Below are positions 36,672 to 50,011 of a DNA stretch of 64,000 nucleotides, piece by piece. A program made the position numbers and the translations under genes. Each line of letters starts with the position of its first letter. The first letter of the stretch is position 1. Source of the DNA: Chiloscyllium plagiosum (Eukaryota); NCBI RefSeq assembly GCF_004010195.1, contig NC_057718.1, positions 32,806,203-32,870,202 of the forward strand. The letters run 5' to 3'. Below the pieces are notes generated by a model, which worked only from the letters and a program-made list of their open reading frames with translations, was not told where the DNA came from and did no database searches.

Positions 36672-39600
36672 AAACAAGCTGACTGTTAATCTACACAAAA
36701 TACCACTTATCCATTTTCATTAACTCTCAATCCATTCCCAGAAATCTATAGAATGGACTCTAATTCAAAGTTAAATATGTAAATTTTTAAAATAACACAA
36801 CTTCCTAATTTCAAAGCATATGACCTGCCATGTATTTGGTTCAGTTTAATCAGTTCCTGTCCATTCTTTCTTAAATTGAATAGCTAATAAATTTCTTTCT
36901 CCAAAAATACCCTAATCCCATAAAATGGTGGTATATCTCATCAAGACATTTCATTTCATTTTATTTTAAAATATTGACTGGCCATGTGATTGACCAGTCA
37001 ATTTTAATGCTGAGAATGGAAAACTTTTAACAATTTGTTCTTGGGATATGGGCGAGTTACCAGGGCCTATATACTACCTCACCCTGGTTGCCCAAGTTGG
37101 TGATGATGGGCCCTTCTCGAGGCAGTGTAGTCATTGTGGTGAGGGTGGAAACGTCAGGATAACTATTCAGTACTTAAAAGATAGTGTGCATTTTTGGAAC
37201 ATGTTATTTCCAAAACAATACTGCTCATAGAGCAATGACTAGTCATTGATAATAGTCCTCTACGATATGACAGAGCTCAACAAAATGTTTGTGCTGTTGT
37301 GTTGGATTAGCTCTAACCTACTGACGACTTGTTTATCAAAAGAGGAAGAATCGAATTGCTGGATCATTTTTTTTTTTGTAAAAAAAATACACTATGCCTC
37401 CGACTACCCACAGCTGCACAGAATCCTGTGGTTCCTGTTGGTTTAAAAATAATTAATTCACAGTAACCCGGAGAAATCCCCTATTGCAGTAATGCTACTT
37501 ATATAGCAGAAGTTTCACTGCAAATGACACTGTACAGTCAATACCAAATTTCAAAACTAAAATGCTGCAGAAAAATAAACTTTCATTTCATAAAACTTTT
37601 CATTTTTCAAGGGTGACAGATTGAAATGTTTTAACTTAAATAACATCAAGTAACATTTAACTGGTTTGTTCCCCTCTACTTATTCTTTTGTCCTTTTACC
37701 TATCTAGGTCCTTTGTAAATAACATTCGGGCAGTGGTCGGAAAGTCAGTTTGAAAGACTGGACAAGAAAGTTAGTCAAAATGATGACATTCAGTCATAAA
37801 ATTTCAAGGCCCAACAAACTCGTTCCTCACCCCTTGTGACTTCAAACAACCGAGATAAGTTAGCAGCTGTGCTCAAAGGGTTAAATTTGCATACTTCGGC
37901 ATCTAAAATTCAATAGGACGATTTGAGATTTCAAAAGCATTGAATAGTTACAGGATGTGGAGTAGATTCAGTCCATTACACCTGTGCTTTTGCAAGAACA
38001 ACTGTGTAAGTCCCACTCTAACCTAACCTTTATCCAGAGCACATTTTTCTGTCCAGCTGTTTTCCAAATGCATTTTTGTGAGCCACAATTGAATTTATGC
38101 GAACTACACATGAAGGTAATGGATTCCAGATCCTAGCCAGTCAGTGCAGAAGAAAAAGTTGGTCTTCCTACTGCTATTGTGACCAATTTTGTGACCGTTA
38201 TGCCTAATTTCTATATTCAGCTGGCTTGCTAGCCTAGTGGTTAAAGGCACTTGAGCAGTCCTAAGCCAGAGCTGCTATAATTGGTCTGAGTCCCAAGCTC
38301 AGAGTGAGTAAGAGATGTTTCTATTCCTGATCATGTCTTGTGACTCCACTGGAAAATGTGGATGTCAAGATCAGCCATGTCTAGTCTGCGATACAATTCA
38401 TGGCTGAGAAACTTCAGGGCAGCTCAAGTACATTAACTTAGGTAATGTACAGGAAGACTGCTTTTAACAGACCAAATCTATATAATAGTCAGCACCTGCA
38501 CACGAGAAAAATCAGCACATTGGAAAAAAGCACTGGACAGATGAATCTAGCTGCCACTGAACCAGGAGAATCCCACATGAAATCAATTTATATAGTCTCA
38601 AGCCAGTTTCCTGGTAGGTGCACAGTCACTGCATAAAAGCTGCTTAAATTGGTTATAAAAACAGCTAGTTTAGGAAATGGGAAAAACCCATACTGGTTTA
38701 AGAGACATTTCAGGGGAATTGTCTGAGGCACATTTTAGGAAAGTGTACACTGCATCTATATTTGTTGTTCTACAAATAAAAATTATGTTTATTTACTTTA
38801 AAAATAAAAAATAAATCACCCTGTTTGTGTTTTATCTTGTCCAAATGTTGCTTTAAAACAAAAATTCTGTAAACAAATCAACTACTGTATTCACAAAACC
38901 TGCCCTCATGATTCAAAATAGGACATGACGAAAATAACTTGCTTCCTTTTTCCTTCAGGAATCTACACACCCCGTGTGCACTCAAACTTTGGATGGCCTT
39001 TTGACAAGTAATTGGCATTTTGAGTCTTGATTTAATCTCACAATTTATCTTTTAATCTAATTTTTATGACAAATGTTTGTCTATCCATTCTTTTTGAGGT
39101 AGTTAGAGAAGAAGAGAAAGATAAAAAGGGCGGGTATATTTTTGTGTCGGTTTGCCAGCTTGTTATACATTACCCAGCCTGTTGCCAATATTTAATCATT
39201 TCCTCATATCTAAATTATTCACACATTTTAAAAGGATCTAGATTATGTTGCTTTCTAAACTTTGTTAAAAGCCAAATAAAGTGATATACATTTAATGCTA
39301 AAGATCAATAAGAAGTGAGTGAATTTTCACCATTTATTTTTAATAATATAGAATCCATCATTACATCTAATATTTATGTTTTACACTTTTTTTCCTGAAG
39401 TCACTAAGGAAATATGCATTGTCTGGAGAAGGTGTTAGTAAACTGCCTCTTGAACCACTGCAGTTCATTTCGTGTAGGTACAGCCCCAAAGCCATTAGCG
39501 AGTGAGTTCCAAGATTTTGATTGAGCAAGACTGTAGCAAGGTGATAATATTTCCAAGTCAGGATGGTGAGTGGCTTGGAGGGGAACTTGCATGTCGTGGT

Positions 39601-39934
39601 GTTCCCAACTAAATGTTAGTCCTTATGGGCTTGCAAGATGCCATGAAAGGGGCCTTGGTTGAATTTCTGCAGTGCAACTTGCAGATGGCACATACTGCTA
39701 CAATTGAGGGTTAGCATTGGACTGAGTAAATCTTTGTAGATGTGGTCTCAATCAAGTGAGCTGGTTTGCCATAGATGGTGTCAAGTGTTTTTGAGTGATG
39801 GAACTGCACTAATCCAGGGAGGTGGGAGTAATTCTGCACACTCCTCACCTGTGCCAGGTGTCAGGAGGTATGTTACTTGCTGAAAGATTACGAGCCTTTA
39901 ATCTTCTCTTGTAGATACAGTACTTATACGATTA

Positions 39935-40055
39935 GGAGAAAGTGAGGACTGCAGACGCTGGAGACCAGAGTTGAAAAAATGTGGTGCTGGAAAAACACAG
40001 CAGGCCAGGCAGCATCCGAGGAGCAGGAGAATCGATGTTTTGGGCATAAGCCCTT
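39935..40055 (-). mobile_element. Short Penelope-type terminal fragment
   Basis: ggagaaagtgaggactgcag...aagccctt; 13-bp TSD cttatac(g/a)attag (39923-39935 / 40053-40065). Confidence 0.72.
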
Positions 40056-40498
40056 ATACAATTAGTCTGGTTCAGTTTCTAGTTAATGGTCACTCCAGGA
40101 TTTTGACAATAGGGAAATTCAGTGATGGTGACGCCATTGAATGACAAGAGGCAATAGTTCAATTCTCTGTTGGAGATGGTCATTCCCTGGTACTGGGTGT
40201 TGAGAATATTACTTGCCACTTGTTAGCCCAAGTCCTGAATATAATCCAGTTCTTGCTGTACTTAGACATTAATTGCTTAAGTATCTAGGCCACAAATGAT
40301 GCTGAATATTGTGTAGTCATCAGCAAACTTCCCCATCCCAATTTCTGACCTTAGGATGGCTAGAATGTCATGGAAGAAACCACTAAAAATGCATCCTGAG
40401 GAACTCATGCAGAGATGGCCTGGAGCAGACGTTAGATTAGATTCCCCAAGTGTGGTAACGGGACCTTCGGCCCAAAAGTCCACACTGACCCTCAGAGG

Positions 40499-40848
40499 GA
40501 CATGACCCTCTCTCACTAATACCCTTGCATACAGATAAGGAAGGACACCACTTCGACTGGGACAATACATCCATCCTAGGACAAGCCAAACAGAGACACG
40601 CACAAGAATTCCTAGAAGCATGGCATTCCAACCGGAACTCTATCAACGAACACATTGACTTGGACCCCATTTATCACCCCCTGAGAAAAAGAACAGAAAA
40701 TGACATCACCAACTATCGCCAAACATATACACAGAAAGCAGGAATCATCCGCAGTGCTTCGTCTGGAGGCTCACTGAAGATGTTACCTGGTATGGTGACG
40801 AAACGTCTGAAAACGAACCTTCCAACTCAGCAGGCTAACTTACATCCA
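40499..40848 (+). mobile_element. Penelope-like element 3' fragment (end of GIY-YIG endonuclease)
   Basis: HTDKEGHHFDWDNTSILGQAKQRHAQEFLEAWHSNRNSINEHIDLDPIY fits the H-x-F-D-W...E-x-L-E...I-N C-terminal half of PLE GIY-YIG; followed by a hammerhead motif. Confidence 0.88.
40771..40810 (+). ncRNA. Minimal type I hammerhead ribozyme motif in a Penelope-like element
   Basis: tca-CTGAAGA-t-GTTACC-tggtat-GGTGAC-GAAA-c-GTC-tga: intact core, 6-bp stem II, 3-bp stem I (tca/tga), palindromic ACGT in place of stem III; predicted cut after C40807. Confidence 0.7.
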
Positions 40849-41749
40849 TTCCCCTACCCTATATTTACCCTTGACTAATGCATCTAACACTATGGGCAAT
40901 TTAGCATGGCTAATTCACCTAACCTTTGGATTGTGGGAGGAAACCGGAGCACCCAGAGGAAACCCATGAAGACGTGGGCAAAATGTGCAAACTCTACACA
41001 GACAGCCGCCTGAGGCAGGAATTGAACCCAGGTCCCTGGCACTGTGAAGCAGCAGTGCTAACCACTGAGCCACCGTGCCGCCCATATTATATCACTATGA
41101 CTGATCTCCAATAACCTCAACCATTTGCTTATGTGGTAGATATGACTAACTAGTGGACCATTTTCTTCCATATTCCCATTGAACCCAGTTTTGCTAGAAC
41201 TACTTGATACACATGGTCAACTGCAGCTTTGATGTCAAAGGCAGCCACTCTTATCTCACCTCATGAATTCAGCTTTCTTTCATGTTTGGACAAAGGCTGC
41301 AATGAGGTCAGGAGCTGAGGGGCTCTGGCGTAACCCAAACTGAGCAGTGAGCAATTTATTGCTAAGTAAGTGCTGCTTGAGAGCAGTGCTAATGGTATCT
41401 TCCACCACCTCACAGATAATCAAGAGTAAACTAATGGGATAGTAATTGGCTGGGTTCAGTTATCCTAGTTTATGGGAAATTTTACACAGGTCTGGGTAGA
41501 TGCCAGTGTTGCAGCTGCACTGGAACAACTTGGCTAGGGTTGCAGCATATGAAAAGACCATATGAAAAACATGGCTAGAATAGTTTATGCATCCTTAAAC
41601 TGCCCTGAGGCATATCCGACTACTTGATCTACCTAGCTAGTAATTTTATTTTGTCAACTTTTTTTTTTAAAAACAATTAAATCATACCCTAATCTTCCTC
41701 CTTCCATTGTCCACCAATGTACTGTAGCTCTGGCTGTGATGTTTCAAAG

Positions 41750-42020
41750 CAAGGGCACAATCTCAGAATAAAGGTAACGACATTGAAATGAGGAATCACC
41801 TTCACTCAGGAGGGTAGTGAACCTTTGACATTCTCTATGACAGAAGCTTTGGAAGCTCAGGTCATTAAATAAGTTCAACACAGTGACTGATAATTTCTCG
41901 TTTCTAACAATATTAATGGATAAGGAATAGTGTAGGAACGTGGCATTGAGGTAGATGATAAGCCACGGTAGAGCAGGCTTAAGGGGCTGAATGGGCTACT
42001 CCTCCTATTATGTTATCAAC
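41750..42020 (+). mobile_element. Decayed CR1 3' end
   Basis: gggcacaatctcagaataaagg...gaaatgaggaat...ggctgaatgggctactcc. Confidence 0.7.
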
Positions 42021-43069
42021 ACATCCTTACATAAAATTTACATGATATCCCACTAGTTAATTAGCTGGCCACTTAAGTCATTATCGTTTCTTGAACATCG
42101 ATCTTTGATATTTTTATCTAGTCAGATAGCTCAGCAGCAAAATTTATGACTGGAAATATCCCCCGTAATATTTGAGATACCCAATCATGAAGGGTTTTTC
42201 AACAATCATAGGTACGTGGGCAATGAAAGAGAAATGGGGTAGCAAGTTTGCTTCTCATTGCAGTCTGCAGAACACAAGTGAATTTACTGCACAATTATTG
42301 TGTACAGTATGTGATGAACTATACAGGGTGTAGTTTCAATTTGCTGGATTTTATTGGCTGTTGGAAAGTAAAGTGTCAGATTTGTCTTTGGAATGTGAAC
42401 TGGATCAAATAAAGTTTGATATTTTCTCATCTGAAGAATTGATCACACAGACACAAATGCAGACAACAATGCTGTATTGGTCTCAGGGCCTGTAACATGT
42501 TTTAAGTTTCAGATGCCCAAATATGTTCAGCAGAAGAAAGGACATAAAGACAACTACAGCATTCAAGAACACCTACACTGATCTGAAAAATGAAAGTTGC
42601 AAATATTTACTTAAGCAATTTTAAAAGCACAGTTTATCTAAACATACATGTAGCTTATTTATTAAGAATTCATGTTTGATTTACTTACACGCTATGAGGA
42701 AATGTGAAAGTGCCATGTAATCAGTTTAACTGAAAACTAGTGCCAAGATAAAATTAGCATCTGCTTTTCTTTAAAACAATCTTGCTAGTATAACAGTATC
42801 CTTCACTGGATCTACCATACTTATAATATGCATCTAAATAACTATTAAATTCCCAAACTTGCCGGAAATTTAGAAACCAGCATCTTGAACTATTTTGATG
42901 GATTTAGATATTCTGCAAGCATCTTGCAAATAAAACTATTGGCAGGACATTGATACTTGATTAAAGTTTAACACTAGGTTTGCAACTAAAATACTTTATG
43001 AGCTGGTTTCTTGTTAGGAAGTTTACTCCTTGTTTTAAAAATAGATTCTTATGAACTGGAGTGAGAACA

Positions 43070-43470
43070 TTGTCCAATGATGAGAGTCTGTCCAAAATGG
43101 ATCTTTATTCTCTAGAGTTTAAAAGAGTAAGGGGTGATCTCACTGAAACAAAAGGTTTTTAAAACAAACCTGACAGAATAGATTTGGAGAGACTGAAGCC
43201 TCTGTGATATCGAGAACACAGATGCATAGTCTCAGGCGCTTGGAAGACAGAGATGAGAATTCTTTTTCATTCAAAAGGTTGGTGAACGAGTTTCTATTGT
43301 CATATACATTTAAAGTTTCAATAAGACAGAGTCTTACCCTCTCAGGGAGTCAAGGGAGGAGGCGGGGAAGAGGAATTAAAACCAATGATCAATGATCTTG
43401 TGAATGGTAGAGCACACTCAGGGAGCTGTATGGTTTAATCCTACTCATATCTCTTAGGTTGCATGGTCTG
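43070..43470 (+). mobile_element. Decayed CR1 3' end
   Basis: ctctagagtttaaaagagtaaggggtgatctcactgaaaca...gatcaatgatcttgtgaatgg. Confidence 0.7.
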
Positions 43471-44043
43471 TTTGTTTTTCTTTAAAGAAATCAATCTAAT
43501 GCATTGCTAATGCAAGACAAGATAAGGCTAGGAGCAAATGAACAAAGTGCTTTTAACATCGATCAGTTTATGGGAACTTTTCACCTATATCCATTGTCTC
43601 ATGCACATTTACTACTGCAGCGTTTTTAAAGACTGCAATCCAATTGTCAAAAATCTACAAAAGGGGATAACTGCTCAGTTCCTCTCTGGTATGATGTGCA
43701 CATTTAAGCAATACTAAATACACAAATTGGTCAGATTTATACCGCCTGCTGCTTTGCAGTCCCAAAAGCAAGACTTCTTCACTTTTGTAAAAATATTGTA
43801 TGGCAAAATTGCTAATAAATAAATGAGAACAGTTTTCTTTCCAAGACCTGACATCCTACCATCCTCCCCCCACCCCATTCTATATTAATATCACAATGTA
43901 CATTTTCACACCCGTTTGAAACCATTCAGCATTCAATTCCAGACAGTTACAGTGTTTCTCAGTTCCCCTCAGTTTTCATAGCAACTCTGAAACAAGCCAC
44001 ATTAACATTTTAGGGTGGGGGAAGAAAAAGTAGTATGGCCTTA

Positions 44044-44335
44044 GGGCAGCACGGTGGCTCAGTGGTTAGCACTTCTGCCTCACAACACCAAGGATCCAGG
44101 TTTGATTCCCATATGTGTGGAGTTTGCACATTCTCCAAGTGTCTGCGTAAGTTTCCTCCGAGTGCTCCGGCTTCCTCCCACGGTCCAAAGATGTGCAGAT
44201 CAGGTGAATTCGCCATGCTATATTAGGTGCATTAGTGTTCGTGCATTAGGGGTAAATATAGGTTAGGGGAATGGGTCTGGGTGGGTTACTCCTCAGAGTG
44301 GACTTGCTGGGTCAGAGGGCCTGTAGGGAATCTAA
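44044..44335 (+). mobile_element. HE1-like V-SINE
   Basis: gggcagcacggtggctcagtggttagcact head, V-domain, tail with deletions. Confidence 0.88.
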
Positions 44336-45329
44336 AAGTGTTAAACTAAAATTGCAGATGTTGACAGTCAAGTTACTTAATCTTCAAATTTCCTGTTAGC
44401 TTGGTAAAAAAGATGGGGTCAGGCACTGCAGTATAAAAAAATGGAAGTGCTATTGTAGTCTCAGATGTTCTTTTTCCCCATCTGGTCTTGCAAGGAAACT
44501 TGAAGAGTGCTTTTGGTTTGGCAGATAAGTGCAGTACTGTGTATTACAGTCAAGAAGCATGCTCTGTCATATGGTTCAATTATGGTTTATAAACTGCTTG
44601 TCGATTCCTTATAAAAATGTCATCATTAAATGAGGCAATAGCAGTGTTTACCAAGCCCAGGAAGAAGGAAATAGCTGATCGTGCATTGGCAGAGAACATG
44701 CTGATGCAAAAGACAGCTTGATTGACTGAACCTTCAACTTCACAAGTGGAACAAGTTTAAGGTGGAGTCGTTAATTTAGAACTGTCTAATAGAGAGCACT
44801 ATTCTGGTTCACAGTGCACTACAGAGGGTGGGGTTCACCTTATGAGGACTGTGGAAATCTCAATATCAGTAGTTGAAATAGAACAATATAGAAAATGATC
44901 AGAAAGCTCCAGTAGTCCAAAAACAAACTACACTAACCATTAAGTATTAGCATTATTAAGAAACTTAAGTTATTCAACAGCTTTGTATTGTCAGCCTTGG
45001 CTTTAGTGGTAGTTCTCTTCACTGTACTGGAAAGTTAGTTAGGGAAACATTCAAACTTCTTTCCAGAAACTAACGCATATATTACACATTAATATTGATA
45101 TGTGCCACAATATCAGCACCTCGACCCTGGAGTCGTGACATTAAAGCAAAAGGACTCTCTGCCTTCTAATCTGGCTCAAACATATTATAATGGCCTTTTT
45201 GAGGAAGAGGAGCAAGAGAGTATCATTTGAAAAATTATTATAGCCAATATTTATCCCTGAATAAACTATTTTCTAGTATTTATCTCATTGCTCTACAGGA
45301 AAGCATGCTGCTGCAGTGGCCTCAAAGTG

Positions 45330-45743
45330 GACTATGGGACACAGCATGGAGAGCTGTGCAGACTATGTCAGTGTATGGCTCAGTAGACCGGACTATCGGG
45401 CCAGCAGGGAGAGCTGAGCGGACGATCTCAGTGTATGGCTCAGGAAACCGGACTATGGGACACAGCATGGAGAGCTGTGCAGACTATGTCAGTGTATGGC
45501 TCAGGAAACCGGAATATGAGACACAGCATGGAGAGCTGTGCAGACTATGTAAGTGTATGGCTCAGTAAATGGACTACCAGCCTGGGGAGCGGTGCAGAGA
45601 ATGCCAGTGTATGTCTCAGTAAACCGGGCTATCGGGCCAGAGTAGAAAGCTGTGTAGACTATGTCAGTGTATGGCTCAGTAAACAGGACTATCAGCCCAG
45701 CATGGAGTGCTGTGCAGACTATGTCAGTGCATGGCTCAGTAAA
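45330..45743. repeat. Minisatellite, 7 units of ~56-61 bp
   Basis: Unit gactatgggacacagcatggagagctgtgcagactatgtcagtgtatggctcag(t/g)aaaccg; starts near 45330, 45391, 45451, 45512, 45572, 45627, 45688. Confidence 0.95.
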
Positions 45744-45751
45744 TAGTTTAT

Positions 45752-46061
45752 GGGTGGCACGGTGGTTAGCACTGCTGCCTCGCAGCGCCAGAGACCCGGG
45801 TTCAGTTCCCGCCTCAGGCGACTGACTGTGTGGAGTTTGCACGTTCTCCCCGTGTCTGCGTAGGTTTCCTCCGGGTGCTCCGGTTTCCTCCCACAGTCCA
45901 AAGATGTGCAGGTCAGGTGAATTGGCCATGCTAAATTGCCTGTAGTGTTAGGTAAGGGGTAAATGTAGGGGTCTGGGTGGATTACGCTTCGGCGGGTCGG
46001 TGTGGACTTGTTGGGCCGAAGGGCCTGTTTCCACACTGTAAAGTAATCTAATCTAATCTAA
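45752..46061 (+). mobile_element. Young HE1-like V-SINE
   Basis: Closely similar to 36350-36671; tail (aatct)n. Confidence 0.93.
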
Positions 46062-47059
46062 AAAAATACAGCAGTGATTGTATTTCAAACAACTTGATTT
46101 GCTACATTTAACTTTGGGATGCACCATATAAATGCATGTTCATTCCTTCAATAATGTAATTGAAAGATGTTTCATTTAGGGTCTAACCCAAAGAATTTTG
46201 TGACAAAAGTTCCAATCCAAGAAGATGCCATTAACAGAACCAGTCAACTGTACTTTGGTTAAAAGCCAAAATATATAAAGATCAGACAGAGAATCTCGTC
46301 CCACAAATGAAAACATATCTTAGCCTATCTTAACAATCAACTTTTGTCATGGCCAGAAGCAATGGATGGCTATAACACTAAGTGACCAAAACAGTAAAAC
46401 ACACCCAGACAGAAAGAGTGATCTAAAAAGGGCAAAGTGGGACTTCTGACAAATCTTCGTTTTTATTAAAGATTACAAACATCTGTCTTAAAAATTTTTT
46501 TAAAATGATATACTGGAATCAGAATTAGTGAGAGTTGGTAGGGTGCTGGTAATAAAAATAGGGCTGGAATTTATTCCACTCAGAAAGAAGAACTGAATTC
46601 AGAACAATCAAGATTGTTTCAGGAAAGCCTCAACTAACTTAAAAGAAATTGTGACATGCTGGCATAGCTAGCAGCCTGAAGCAGCAATTCAAAGACAAGA
46701 TTATTTTTGAAGTAACTTGCCCCACAGGTGCCTGGGAGTGAACATGCTGCAAGACACAGTGTAAACCCATCCTGCTGACCAGGCAGCTACAGAAAGGATT
46801 GGACCTCCCCAACTCTAAAATTAAAAATATAAAGTTCCCTTCCCCCACTGCTGGACTGACACTCAGCTTGCGTGTTAACAATCGCGTCGGTCACTTGTGC
46901 CAACAACCTGAGCAGTTCTAGAAGGGAGAATTTGCCCCACTGGTGACTTAACCCTGCTGTCAATCAGAACCATATGCCTTACTCATAGTCCCCTGCGGCC
47001 TCCTCCCTTAAAACTGCCAGCAACTGAAGAAATGGAAAGGCGCTCAAACATTTATGTTA

Positions 47060-48110
47060 AATCAAAGAACATAAACCTAGAAGATAAGAACCTATGGTGT
47101 TGGAGGTAGTATATGGGTATGGACGATTGGTTAACTAATTGAAAGCAGAGAATTGGAATAAAGGGAACCATTTTCAGGATGCAACTTGCAAATAGTGGAA
47201 TGCCACAGAAATAATTATTTACCATATATTTGGATGAAGAAATTGAATGTATTATCATCATGTTTTTAGATCACAGAAAAATAGGTGGGAAGGCAAGTGG
47301 TGACAATGACAGAGCATCTACAAAGCAATATAGGCAGATTAAATGCAAGGACAAAACTGGCAGATGGAATATAATGTGAAAATATATGAAACTATGCCCT
47401 TTGGGAGGAAGGATAAAGGAAAGCCGCAGAGATGCAGGGGTCCTTGTGCATAAATCATATAAAAGCTAGCATTTAAGCATATAGTGGAAGTTAAATGGAA
47501 TGGTGGCCCTATTTCAAAGTGAATGGGTGATAAAAATAGCTAAGTCTTACTAAAATTATACAAGACACTAATTAGACAACAGCCAGAACACTAAATAGTT
47601 TTGGACCTCTTACCTAAAGGAGAGATAAACTGATTTAGGAGGCAACCTAGAGAAGGTGAATTATGTGATTCCAGTTACAGAAGGACTTTTTTTTGGAGTA
47701 GGCTGGAACTGTATGCATTGGAGTTAAGAATGAGAGGTGACCTTACTGAAACATACAAGATTCTTACAAGGTTTGACAGGGTAGATGCTTAGAAATTGCT
47801 TCTCCTTGTGGAAGGGTATAGGACCAGAGAACAAAATCACAAAGCATGTGGTGGCCCACTTAAGACAGTGATAAGGAGGAATTTCTTCTCTCAGAAGGGT
47901 GTGCATCTGTGGAATTATTTTCTGCAGAGGATAGGTCATTAAGTGTCGTCAACACGGATAAAGATTAAATGAACAAAGGAACCAAGAGCTATAGAGAAAA
48001 GGCAAGAAAGTAGAGCTGAGGATGATCAAATCAGCCATGGTTTCAGTGCATGGCAGTGCAGAGTCAATTGCCCAAATGATCCACTTCTGCTCCTAAACTT
48101 ATGACTATAT
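47060..48110 (+). mobile_element. Decayed CR1 RT and 3' end
   Basis: aactggcagatggaatataatgtg, agaatgagaggtgaccttactgaaacatacaagattctt and atcagccatgg blocks. Confidence 0.82.
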
Positions 48111-49457
48111 AGCCTTTTGTTGTTCTACTTGTATTACCTTCTGTGTAAGCTGAGTGCAAGGCCTCAGGATCTCTGCCCCTATGAAGTAACCCTCAGTGAA
48201 ACAGACACGAGAAGCCAAGACAGGCTCGACCAGAAGTAGGGAATAGCCTTGAATAACAATGAAGCTCAAACATGAAATTTCAAAAGCTCACTGAGAATAC
48301 TCAGATAATCAAGCTGCAAATTATTCATCAATTGCACTACTTTGATGTAGCAATCCATTAGATAGAGTATTTGGAATTCACAAAAAAATGCTGAAATGCA
48401 GACAACTCCCTTTATCTAGAGCACTCTCAGGAATTTCTGAGAACTGGGTTCAGCACTGGACATGAGATTGAAACATACTCCTTAGCTTGAAACAACAGCA
48501 AGTCCATTTGTTGTCTCACCCTACTCTGACACTGAACCAAACTATGCTAATTTCCATGTACCTACATTAGTTCTATGGTCCTTAGTTAACAAAAATACAA
48601 TTTATTTCAGTTTTGAAATTTTCAATTGGCCTAGCTTCAGTATCTTTTTGATTTTGGGATGGGGTGAGGGAATTCAAAAAGAAAATGTTTTGGATTCTTA
48701 CTAACTTTTCTTTGGAGGATGGTTTCCTGACATCATCCTTGTATAGATTAGATCTCAGAGTTCTGCCTTTATCTGGACTCCTAATGCCAGAAGAAACAGC
48801 TTCTCTCTACCAACTTATTAATTCCCTTTATTACCTGAAACACCTTAATTCGATCATCCCTGGGAATACAAACAGAATCTGCTACCTATACTCAAATTTA
48901 ACCATTTTTACTCAAAATCTAGTTGTTGCACCTCTCAAAAGGCCAATATACCATTACCTAGGAGCTGAATCTGGAACTGAACTTAGATGACATGAAATCT
49001 CAATTGCCATGCCTTTGTGTTCCTGCAATCCTTTAGTTAAGGCCAATATTCCATTGGCATTTTAAAATACTTCTGCACTCCTCCAATGGCTTTTAGTGAA
49101 TTCTGTAGAAGGAGAGATTATATCAACACATACTTCATAAGAACAGCAATTTTTAATTCATGGGGCATTGAAGGTGGAGGAGTTATGTGGTGAGTCACTA
49201 GCGGTAGAATGCATGGTCTCATTCACTCTCGACAGGTATGGCATTTAGATCACTTTTCAATTCAGCTTCTGATGACCCCAGAGCTGGAAGATTTCTTATT
49301 GGCAAATGAATGTCATGAGGAGACGGTTAGGCTCTTTATTGCTGGAGATGATCAGTGCCGGTAACTTGGGAAGCATGGATGTTGTTAGCACTTCTTATGA
49401 CTCTATGACTATGACCTGTGGAAATGTACTGACCCCATCTTCCTCCAAAGTTGTGAC

Positions 49458-49580
49458 GTGGAGATGCCGGTGTTGGACTGGGGTGGATGAAGTCAGAAGT
49501 CACACGACACCAGGTCATAGTCCAACATGTTTATTTAGAATCACAATCTGTTTTAGCGCTGCTCCTTTGTCAGGTGAAGA
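49458..49580 (-). mobile_element. Penelope-type terminal fragment, third family
   Basis: Homologous to 11290-11415; degenerate core ctgacaaaggagcagcgct on -. Confidence 0.55.
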
Positions 49581-49674
49581 TTTCACCTGGGAGGAAAGCA
49601 GATCACCTGGAGAAAACCTATGCAGACATGGAAAGAATGTGCACACTCCACAGGAAGAAGAAAAGGCTGAAACA

Positions 49675-50011
49675 TTAGATTAGATTAGATTACATTACAG
49701 CGTGGAAACAGGCCCTTCGGCCCAACAAGTCCACACTGACCCGCCGAAGCGCAACTCACCCATGCCCCTACATTTACCCCTTACCCCTACATTTACCCCT
49801 TACCTAACACTACGGGCAATTTAGCATGGCCAATTCACCTGACCTGCACATCTTTGGACTGTGGGAGGAAACCGGAGCACCCGGAGGAAACCCACGCAGA
49901 CACAGGGAGAACGTGCAAACTCCACACAGTCAGTCACCTGAGGCAGGAATTGAACCCGGGTCTCTGGCGCTGTGAGGCAGCAGTGCTAACCACTGTGCCA
50001 CCATGCCGCCC
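49675..50011 (-). mobile_element. Young HE1-like V-SINE
   Basis: Reverse complement of the 36350/45752 subfamily; internal 18-bp tandem duplication ccctacatttacccctta. Confidence 0.93.

Larger units (their letters stand above)
40432..41083 (-). mobile_element. HE1-like V-SINE split by a Penelope fragment
   Basis: Tail at 40432-40497; body and head at 40846-41083. Confidence 0.88.
39420..41545 (-). mobile_element. LINE family B fragment hosting three later insertions
   Basis: Reverse complement of the 7270-8690 family (GKFADDYTIF); interrupted at 39935 and 40432. Confidence 0.8.
44990..46150 (+). mobile_element. Old Deu-domain SINE split by a minisatellite and a young SINE
   Basis: gccaatatttatccct block at 45243; the 3' part acagcagtgattgtatttcaaa...ctttgggatg..atataaatgca resumes at ~46067. 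Confidence 0.55.

Noticed and set aside
36966..37007. Small imperfect hairpin attgactgg...ccagtcaat
   Set aside because: Too short and AT-rich to support an RNA gene or MITE call.
45330..45743. CRISPR-like array
   Set aside because: Whole units repeat with no unique spacers, there are no cas genes, and the context is a vertebrate intron. The ORFs across it are by-products of the repeat.
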